Positions 57,140-64,000 of a DNA stretch of 64,000 nt are shown one piece after another. Source of the DNA: Candidatus Woesebacteria bacterium. Lineage in GTDB: Bacteria > Patescibacteriota > Microgenomatia > UBA1400 > UBA1396. The stretch's first letter is position 1, and every line of letters begins with the position of its first letter. The notes under the pieces are model-generated. The model was not told where the DNA came from. It was given only the letters and a program-made list of their open reading frames with translations, and did not search any database. The translations under genes were made by a program, and so were the position numbers. The stretch covers positions 9,481-73,480 of the forward strand of contig JAJOJK010000003.1 of assembly GCA_021208605.1 (NCBI GenBank). Reading direction: 5' to 3'.

Positions 57140-57170
57140 ACGTCCTTATAAGTGAGGGTTGGGCCCTTGT
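57140..57170 (-). repeat. hairpin repeat type C (AGGGCCCAACCCT + CACTTATAAGGACGTACAA) 5' of lepA
   Basis: The sense strand reads AAGGGCCCAACCCTCACTTATAAGGACGTACAATAGACACAC-ATG. Confidence 0.55.
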
Positions 57171-57297
57171 GCAGGTTTCTCCTGAATGCTCTATTATACG
57201 GTTTGTTTTTTCTCTTGCAGGAGAAGTTTTTTTAGCTTCAAAAAAGAGGTTGATGAAAACCACCAACCTCTTTATCTAGTTCATTACTCTTGTTCTT

Positions 57298-57705
57298 CTA
57301 CCGAATTTGCGCCGAAAAACTATGCGTCTCTACACCACCCTCAATTACTTGGGTGATCAAAATACGAGAGTCGTTAAAATCGATATTCATGGGTAACCCA
57401 GCCACTACTTCGATTTCACGATTGGCAAAAGACAATCGGAAGCCGTTTTCTATTACACTCACTTCAAAGCTGATATTTTTCTCATCATCACCGGTGTAAT
57501 TGACTGGTTCTGGTTTTCTGTCAACAGTTGAGGCATACACATAGTCCCATTTACGGCGAGCTAATTCTTGAATCTTAGGGAAAACATCCAAAATTCTTTC
57601 TTGCGAAATTCCTTCTGAATTTTCATTTTTCGCATCTTTTTCATTTCCGTTAGCCATTTGTTTCTCCTTTTTTTGTTTAGCGAGTTGCAGGTGTTGCTGG
57701 ATCAT
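57298..57705 (-). CDS. hypothetical small protein (array member 5)
   Basis: Part of five tightly packed co-oriented small ORFs. Lys/Glu-rich N-terminus, beta-rich C-terminus. Confidence 0.45.
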   Translation of the reverse strand: MIQQHLQLAKQKKEKQMANGNEKDAKNENSEGISQERILDVFPKIQELARRKWDYVYASTVDRKPEPVNYTGDDEKNISFEVSVIENGFRLSFANREIEVVAGLPMNIDFNDSRILITQVIEGGVETHSFSAQIR

Positions 57706-58054
57706 ACCCTTCCGTCGTTAAAATAAAGCGACGAACTTTTTTAGGATACATAACCTCTACAATTGTTTGATAGTCTGAAAAGATAGAAACGTTTGCATAC
57801 AAACCAGACTTTATTCGTAAAGGAATATCAATATCGTTTCCAGCACGATCTACAAAATTAATATGGATTTTGCCATTTTCCATGTTAAGAACAGAAATCT
57901 CACCTTCCGCCTCAATCTGCATATTTCCTAAATCAGGCCCTGAAAAAATGGTTACCCCCACATGACCCTGCGCAAATTTTTCAAATCTCGCACGAATGTT
58001 CTTAACAGTTTCTGCCGTTAGAGGCGTTGTGATTCCTTGTTCAGGTGATTTCAT
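57677..58054 (-). CDS. hypothetical small protein (array member 4)
   Basis: Shares an (I/L)xVxNMxNxK motif with member 3 (ISVLNMENGK vs LQVMNMRNEK). Confidence 0.45.
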   Translation of the reverse strand: MKSPEQGITTPLTAETVKNIRARFEKFAQGHVGVTIFSGPDLGNMQIEAEGEISVLNMENGKIHINFVDRAGNDIDIPLRIKSGLYANVSIFSDYQTIVEVMYPKKVRRFILTTEGYDPATPATR

Positions 58055-58065
58055 AGCATTCCTTA

Positions 58066-58398
58066 CTATCTGTGTTTATTTTTTTTCGACAAAATGTGGG
58101 TTATTGATTTACCATCTTTGGTTACTACAACCTGTATTGCATTTTCTTTTTTTAAAAGGGAGACAGAGCTCTTACTATCAATACTGAAAACTGGTTTCTC
58201 ATTTCGCATATTCATGACTTGAAGTGTGCTACCCCACACTTCGACGGATAGTTGGTTAAAATCACCCTTATGTATGACGCCAGATCCTAGACTGTCGGTC
58301 ACCACCACCCATTCACCAGATTCAATATCTTCCAGCTCAAGAGCCACCTGCAAAGCGACAATGCGACTCATCTCGCCGTGATCTGTCCAGTTTTCCAT
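58066..58398 (-). CDS. hypothetical small protein (array member 3)
   Basis: Predicted beta-rich. Putative paralog of member 4. Confidence 0.45.
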   Translation of the reverse strand: MENWTDHGEMSRIVALQVALELEDIESGEWVVVTDSLGSGVIHKGDFNQLSVEVWGSTLQVMNMRNEKPVFSIDSKSSVSLLKKENAIQVVVTKDGKSITHILSKKNKHR

Positions 58399-58409
58399 TG
58401 GTACTTTCT

Positions 58410-58760
58410 TTAGCGATTTCCGCCAGTTTTCGTAAAGGTATAGGAGAACGTTTTGTATTCGCCATCAAAAACACCACTAATGCTCATGGTTACGATATCG
58501 CCATCAGGCCAAATAAAAATCGAGGAATCTCTGGGAATAATCAACTCATGCTCCAAACCACACATCAAACGCAAGGCATTTTGACTCGCATGATTGAGAC
58601 TGAGTTGTACATTTTCAACTGGAAACGGTAACTTATGCCCACTCTTCCACTGACCAGACCAAGTATCATCTCTTCCAAAAGCAGCAAGAAAATCTGCAAA
58701 AATGGCATTTTTTGTATCTGGTTTAACAATGCGTGCTTGGTGTTCTGGTCCTAATGACAT
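58410..58760 (-). CDS. hypothetical small protein (array member 2)
   Basis: 116 aa, no motif. Lies 12 bp from member 3. Confidence 0.45.
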   Translation of the reverse strand: MSLGPEHQARIVKPDTKNAIFADFLAAFGRDDTWSGQWKSGHKLPFPVENVQLSLNHASQNALRLMCGLEHELIIPRDSSIFIWPDGDIVTMSISGVFDGEYKTFSYTFTKTGGNR

Positions 58761-58880
58761 GTTGCCCTCTTTTTTGCATTTCCCCCGCGGAGTAAACGGC
58801 TATTGTACCCAACCAAGACAATATGCCAAGGGCGAAATGTGCAGAAATGGTCTCAAAAAATGAGATTTCCTTGAGATTTC

Positions 58881-59351
58881 TTACAGTGAGCGAGTCAGTG
58901 TCAGTACTATATCTTGCTGTAAACCAGACGCATTCGTATACATGAGTGTGACCACCAGCTCGCCGCGAGCCGACATATAGGCACAGTACACGCGGCTGTC
59001 TACATTAAAAGCAATAGTCTCTAAGTCTCTTCGAGAGTTTTCATCGATAATTGTCAGCGTCATCGTTGGAGTTTTAGGATGATCTTGTGCTGCTACGTTG
59101 AGGGTAACTTCTTTCCCTTTGTAATCACCATTTGTAATTCGACCCAGGGTTTCATCGCCCAACGAAGTCTTCTCTGCTCGCCAAATGTGTTGAGATGGCT
59201 GGCCTTGAAAAAAATGGGTAATCTCTCGCACCTGTTCCGCGGTAAGACCAAGAAACTTACCCTCAAAAACCTCAGTAAAGGCAATGAGCTTTGGTGAACT
59301 CTCAGGATCATTGTCGTAGTTTTTTCTACCATCTTCTCCATTACGAGACAT
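58881..59351 (-). CDS. hypothetical small protein (array member 1)
   Basis: 156 aa with beta-rich repeats (TLNVAAQD, TMTLTIID, LVVTLMYT). Confidence 0.45.
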   Translation of the reverse strand: MSRNGEDGRKNYDNDPESSPKLIAFTEVFEGKFLGLTAEQVREITHFFQGQPSQHIWRAEKTSLGDETLGRITNGDYKGKEVTLNVAAQDHPKTPTMTLTIIDENSRRDLETIAFNVDSRVYCAYMSARGELVVTLMYTNASGLQQDIVLTLTRSL

Positions 59352-59457
59352 CAGGGCACCTGTTTCTAAGTGTTAATGTTTTTACGTGTGATAATCCGTA
59401 TTATAGTAGGCTCGTCCCAATATAGGCCGCAACAAAAACAAGTGCTACAATACCCGC

Positions 59458-59886
59458 ATGAACCTCTCTGTGCGCACGCAACGTTTTGTGTCGAGTGTTT
59501 TTTCTGCGACAGCATTCTCTCTGTACTTTGCCGAATCAGCGATGGCCCAACTTGGCGCCTGGACAGAAGCAAATGGCTGTGTGTTCATTGCGGAGGACGT
59601 TGGCGCAGTCGCTACTATACAAGGAGTAGAGTGTCTCGTGCGCAACGTCTTGGCTTCAGCCACGACTTTTGTTGGCTTGGCCGCGTTTGTCATGTTGATT
59701 ATTGGTGGATTCCTTTACTTAACTTCCGGCAGCAACTCCAAAGGTACCGACGCCGCCAAACAGACGATCACCTACGCCATTATTGGTATTGTGGTGGCCT
59801 TGATGGCCTTCTTCCTCTTGCAGTTCGTCGCGATTGTGACTGGCGCACGAGGATTTTTGGAGTTTAATTTGAATTTGGGGAATTAA
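59458..59886 (+). CDS. VirB2/TrbC-like T4SS pilin
   Basis: Signal peptide then two hydrophobic helices separated by a short polar loop (..FVGLAAFVMLIIGGFLYLTSGSNSKGTDAAKQTITYAIIGIVVALMAFFLLQFV..). Size 142 aa. Confidence 0.55.
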   Translation: MNLSVRTQRFVSSVFSATAFSLYFAESAMAQLGAWTEANGCVFIAEDVGAVATIQGVECLVRNVLASATTFVGLAAFVMLIIGGFLYLTSGSNSKGTDAAKQTITYAIIGIVVALMAFFLLQFVAIVTGARGFLEFNLNLGN

Positions 59887-60070
59887 GCATTTTCAAGGTA
59901 ACCTTTCTGATCAATTACCTCAAGAAAGGTTACCTTAAGTTAACCCTTCTTGAGGAAAACAGAAGCGAAGGTAACCTTCCAAAGCGTTTCACAACCCACA
60001 TTGCCGTTTCCGCATCCAGGCAGTACAATACAAACGTTACGCATCAGCGCGCAGCCGAGAAAAATTCTCT

Positions 60071-62005
60071 TTGCGTAACAAGCATATGAAGCACTGGGTA
60101 ACCAAATTAATCGCACTTGTTTTTGTTCTCGCCCTCGGGGCCCAGCTTTTTTTGACACCTGCACAGGTTTTTGCCCAAGCTCCTACAACCCAATATGATG
60201 ACGAACGCTGTCTCGATCCCGAATTTGCAGCCGATCCCGCGAATGCCGCCCTGTGTACAAGAACCGTCGGCGGCTCCGAAATTAGCGCCGAATCTATCCG
60301 CCAAGCGATCAACTCTCCCACCCCAAACTTAGCCAACACAACCGCCTACGTTTTCTATACGATTTCGATTCTTTTAACCGGAACGTTTGATCCGAGCTAC
60401 GCTGGCGAACAGGCCTCGGTGCCGGTCAGTACCTTTGCTGATGCTACCGATCGTGGCGGCGCACTCGGCGGAATTGGCTTTTTAATGGGCCAACTCGTGG
60501 CCAATCCGCCCGCCTCGGCGCAGTACTACATGGCGGACCTCGTCAACAACGCCAGATTCACCGGTTCACCGGTTTACGCCCAAGGAATTGGATTCGGCGC
60601 GCTGAACCCCATTCTCGGCACCTGGAAAGCCTTCCGTGACGTGGCGTATTACCTCTTAACCATCATGTTCTTGGTTACTGGTTTCCTCATCTTGATTCGC
60701 CATAAGATCAGCGGAAACGTGGCCGTAACCGTGCAAAACGCGTTGCCAAAACTCGTTATTACACTGATTCTCATCACGTTCTCTTACGCCATCGCCGGCC
60801 TTGTGGTCGATATCATGTTCTTGGCGTTGTTCTTTATTATTAGTATTTTTGGACAGTATATTTTCTTGCCAGATGCTAACTTTGCCACTGGGGCTCTTAT
60901 GAGCAGAGAATATGTTGGACTCAGTGAAATTGCTTTCAATACGCACATTTTTGAGTTTATGGTCGGCTTTATCTTCAGTGGAACAACCTGGAAAGCGGCG
61001 CAATCGGTCGGTCAAATAATGACCCAAGCCATCGGATCCTTCCCATTACTCGACGTCATCGCTGGTCAAGGCTCTATTCTTCGCCCGCTCTTCAATGAAA
61101 TTATCAATGTTTTTATCGTCCTGATTTTGGCCATTGCCCTCTTTATTGCCATGATCCGCACCTTCTTCTCTTTAATAATGTCCTATGCCGGATTTGTAAT
61201 TAACGTTGTGCTGAGTCCGTTTATCTTGCTAGTTGGGGCGGTTCCTGGAAAAGATCCCTGGAAAAACTGGATTAAGAATCTTATCGCTGGACTGGCTCCA
61301 TTCGTAGTCGCTATCTTTATGATCTTCATGAGTTTAGCACTCACCGGGCAACAAACCCGTGATGGAATCGGTTACAAAGCCGATGGTGGACAAGTTGAAG
61401 GACTCCGGCTTCCGCTCATTACCGGCGGAGTAGCCAGCGCGGATGCGTTCATCGGAATTTTGGCCATGGGCTTCATGCTCTTAATGCCAGAGGCCGTGAA
61501 GATGACGAAGAAGTTTATGCAGGTATCTGGTGGCATATTCGAAGAACAAAAAGATGCCGCTTTGGCAAACTTTAAACAAGGTGTGAGCGGAAACAAATAT
61601 GTACCAGGTGCTGGAAAGGTCGCTAAAGGCGCGGCTATTTCAGCTGGACTAGGACTGGCTGGTGGAACCGCTGGCGCTATCATTGCTGGTAAAAATGCGT
61701 ATGCTTCTTCACAAGCTGAGGGTCATGGGAGATTCCGAAGTAGTGTCAATGCTGCTTTAAAGGGAACAGGCGGAGGTTTAGCTGGTGGATTTGCTGGCGC
61801 CACAGCCTATCCAGCTGCTACAATGGGAGCACCTGTGGTTAGAAATGTTAAAAAAGGCGTTGAATACGTCAAGAAATTTGATTCTCCGGCCGCTGACTTA
61901 CTGCGTGCTCTTGAGCTGAACAGGGCTAAACAAAGAGCGCAACAAAAGGGAGCTGAAGAGGAACAGCAAGTTTCAGTTGATAAACCTGAAGTAGATACAT
62001 TTTAG
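60071..62005 (+). CDS. VirB6/TrbL-like polytopic membrane protein with Gly-rich C-terminal region
   Basis: Signal peptide, 6 or more TM helices in the central region, GxxG-rich C-terminal tail. Ends QVSVDKPEVDTF. Confidence 0.5.
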   Translation: MRNKHMKHWVTKLIALVFVLALGAQLFLTPAQVFAQAPTTQYDDERCLDPEFAADPANAALCTRTVGGSEISAESIRQAINSPTPNLANTTAYVFYTISILLTGTFDPSYAGEQASVPVSTFADATDRGGALGGIGFLMGQLVANPPASAQYYMADLVNNARFTGSPVYAQGIGFGALNPILGTWKAFRDVAYYLLTIMFLVTGFLILIRHKISGNVAVTVQNALPKLVITLILITFSYAIAGLVVDIMFLALFFIISIFGQYIFLPDANFATGALMSREYVGLSEIAFNTHIFEFMVGFIFSGTTWKAAQSVGQIMTQAIGSFPLLDVIAGQGSILRPLFNEIINVFIVLILAIALFIAMIRTFFSLIMSYAGFVINVVLSPFILLVGAVPGKDPWKNWIKNLIAGLAPFVVAIFMIFMSLALTGQQTRDGIGYKADGGQVEGLRLPLITGGVASADAFIGILAMGFMLLMPEAVKMTKKFMQVSGGIFEEQKDAALANFKQGVSGNKYVPGAGKVAKGAAISAGLGLAGGTAGAIIAGKNAYASSQAEGHGRFRSSVNAALKGTGGGLAGGFAGATAYPAATMGAPVVRNVKKGVEYVKKFDSPAADLLRALELNRAKQRAQQKGAEEEQQVSVDKPEVDTF

Positions 62006-62011
62006 TAAATT

Positions 62012-62170
62012 ATGAAATTAGTAATTCACAATCCATTCAGAAAACATTCTACTAAAGTTCAGGATGATTCCACGGATGATTCTAAAAAAATGCCTTTAAC
62101 TTTAAAAGAAAAACTGCCGCAAACTTCTCAACAAGTAAATGTTGAAAATCCTGATATCGATACGTTCTAA
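62012..62170 (+). CDS. small ORF (52 aa) sharing the C-terminal tail of the upstream gene
   Basis: Not in the ORF track (<60 aa). Translates to MKLVIHNPFRKHSTKVQDDSTDDSKKMPLTLKEKLPQTSQQVNVENPDIDTF. The last 12 aa (QVNVENPDIDTF) parallel QVSVDKPEVDTF of the VirB6-like protein. Confidence 0.3.
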   Translation: MKLVIHNPFRKHSTKVQDDSTDDSKKMPLTLKEKLPQTSQQVNVENPDIDTF

Positions 62171-62250
62171 TTCATCCGTTCAGACAAATTTTTCAAACAT
62201 CAAAGCCAAATATGACTTGGTTTATAGTTTAAAAAAATCTTAAATGACCG

Positions 62251-63948
62251 CTACTTACTTCCACTCAAGTTGGAGAAAATAGCCTCAGTAGGTTTAGTAA
62301 AGTCTTCGGCTTTGATCTGCAATCCAACTAAATAGTAGAGTTCTAAAAGTGTTTCTCCATCAAAAACATTTATCTGTTGGATGTCAGGGACTTCCATTGT
62401 TAAGAAACTTGAATCGATTGTCGGATCACCTTTTCTGAGTCTTTCCAAGAAAACAGAGGCAGTTGTCAGAGAAGACTCTAATGGTCCTTTATCAACACGA
62501 TTTCGGTGTCGAGTTACAAAGTCATTTGCAAAGAACATACCATGCAAGGTAAGTTTGTCACGCGTCAAGTCAGCAATAGTACTTCCACCATACCAGAAGA
62601 TGTGATGTCCTTTGGCAATAAGTTCTCTCTTTATTAAGAGATCTGGATAAATTCCCAAAGAACCACGAGCTGTTTCACCTTTCGCCGCAGCTACGTTTAC
62701 ATCTTCCACAGTTGGAGCGTCGCGGCGAACCTTAATAGTCATTGTCTTTTGCGGATAATTGATAACCGAACCGTCTGATCTTCGACGCATTTGAGTCGGA
62801 ACTACGGCTGTATTAATGTCTATCACTTTTTTATTCATATCTGCCATAGTCATCCACCGGGTTAATTCAGGTGGACTGGTGTACCACCATTGATTTACAC
62901 GTGTAGAATAATCAGGCGATGTTTTAAAGGTTCCCTTCATTGTTGATTCAAAATGCCCTGAAGTGTCATTTCCATTTTCATCTACTACTCGAATGCGAAT
63001 ATATTGACCAGTAGGATTAATTTCATCGATAAATGGAATCCCGTCAGCATATCTAGCCTTCTCTTCTCTAGAAGGAGGTTGACAAGCCATAAAAGGCATT
63101 GCGTCTGTTTGTCCAGCATACTTATGTGCATATTTGATATAAGTGGTCCAGTTATCAAAGTATTCGGCATTCGCCTTGGTGGGCTCATTTTGGCGATAAT
63201 TAATGGTTCCACTGCTATTCGGATCCATGCTTGAACGTTTTTCTAAATCAAACTTAGCAACAGAAGTCATTGTTTTAATGTGATTTCCATATGCTGCTGA
63301 GGGGTTGTCAGGGAAAAGGTCCCACCGAAAAGTTGGATCTGCAAAAGTTTTTACAGTATCAGGTGAACTTCTAAATCGTTGTGTCCAAGTCATACCGTCA
63401 TAACCGTAAAAATCAAAGTAAGGCATAACGTACCCTTTGACAATACCAAAAATATTTCCAGGCAAAGTAGTGTTGTTAAAAGCTCCATTGTACGTATCTT
63501 TATAGATATAAGGAGCTGCAGTTCCAATAGAAATTCTGTGCAAAAGCTTTAATCCAGACGGAGAACCAGGCAATTTTGATCCAGAAGTTCGATTGATATC
63601 TTGAGATCCAGATTCATTTGTAATTTCCGTCAAACTAAGAGCTGTTAGGCCAGCGAATCGCGCCGCCATATCACTCCATGTACCTCTTGTAGAGTCATCT
63701 ACAGATTTAGCAGACACCATCTCAACAACTTCATCAAAGTTCTTCTTACGAGTGGCTGTTAAAGCACCAGCTTTTTCGGCATATACCCACGGATGCAATG
63801 ATCGAGATTGTGTTGTTGTTCCTACTACACTAACAGGAATAACTTTAGGTGATCGTTCACCATTCTTCAGCAATAATTTAGAACCAGTATGTCGTTCGGG
63901 CGCTTCACTGGTTCCCATTTTTTCTTCCAATCGTTCACCTCTTCGCAA
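62251..63948 (-). CDS. hypothetical large aromatic-rich protein (565 aa)
   Basis: Long open frame with no TM, signal peptide or recognisable motif. Confidence 0.45.
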   Translation of the reverse strand: MRRGERLEEKMGTSEAPERHTGSKLLLKNGERSPKVIPVSVVGTTTQSRSLHPWVYAEKAGALTATRKKNFDEVVEMVSAKSVDDSTRGTWSDMAARFAGLTALSLTEITNESGSQDINRTSGSKLPGSPSGLKLLHRISIGTAAPYIYKDTYNGAFNNTTLPGNIFGIVKGYVMPYFDFYGYDGMTWTQRFRSSPDTVKTFADPTFRWDLFPDNPSAAYGNHIKTMTSVAKFDLEKRSSMDPNSSGTINYRQNEPTKANAEYFDNWTTYIKYAHKYAGQTDAMPFMACQPPSREEKARYADGIPFIDEINPTGQYIRIRVVDENGNDTSGHFESTMKGTFKTSPDYSTRVNQWWYTSPPELTRWMTMADMNKKVIDINTAVVPTQMRRRSDGSVINYPQKTMTIKVRRDAPTVEDVNVAAAKGETARGSLGIYPDLLIKRELIAKGHHIFWYGGSTIADLTRDKLTLHGMFFANDFVTRHRNRVDKGPLESSLTTASVFLERLRKGDPTIDSSFLTMEVPDIQQINVFDGETLLELYYLVGLQIKAEDFTKPTEAIFSNLSGSK

Positions 63949-64000
63949 AATTTCACGAAATGCACAAAATATCTGTTCTGCTAACGTTTTAGTTTCCTGG

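Overview
This 64 kb window is a chromosomal segment (about 50% GC) of a small-genome bacterium. I infer a Candidate Phyla Radiation / Patescibacteria-like lineage from several features read directly off the sequence: a tRNA-Ile with a UAU anticodon, a short Pgk (343 aa), an archaeal-type NMNAT, cohesin/dockerin and Cys-rich surface proteins, and a dense population of REP-like palindromes. I support about 65 protein genes and three tRNAs (Ile-UAU, Trp-CCA, Tyr-GUA, all on the minus strand). The housekeeping set includes lysS, sufS-sufU-yjjX, pth, smpB, lepA, recF, an ATP-dependent DNA ligase, gap, pgk, an rpiB-rpe-LOG-ribokinase cluster, lgt, mscL, NMNAT, ITPase, cdd, IMPase, an MFS transporter and glycosyltransferases. 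There is a type IV pilus assembly-like operon (PilN/PilO-like plus an FN3 surface protein). There are VirB2-like and VirB6/TrbL-like T4SS genes. There are many secreted or membrane-anchored proteins: Cys-rich, poly-Asn/poly-Gly, cohesin/dockerin. The most unusual items are these. (1) A two-gene cassette: a 1022-aa protein with a C-terminal beta-CASP metallo-beta-lactamase nuclease domain and a 600-aa unknown N-terminus, translationally coupled to a small HNH endonuclease. (2) Two copies of a roughly 145-bp element inserted 3' of two different tRNA genes, each bounded by an exact 18-bp duplication of the local tRNA 3' end. (3) A modular family of AGGG-N5-CCCT hairpin repeats (TAGGCCTA-flanked REP types A and B; a TTATAAGGACGTAA-flanked type that sits just 5' of start codons). 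(4) An 8-bp x ~13 tandem repeat in a promoter region. (5) Frameshifts at homopolymer tracts in pth, an MFS gene and recF. (6) A tight array of five small genes of unknown function upstream of lepA. No rRNA, CRISPR array, transposase or integrase was found.
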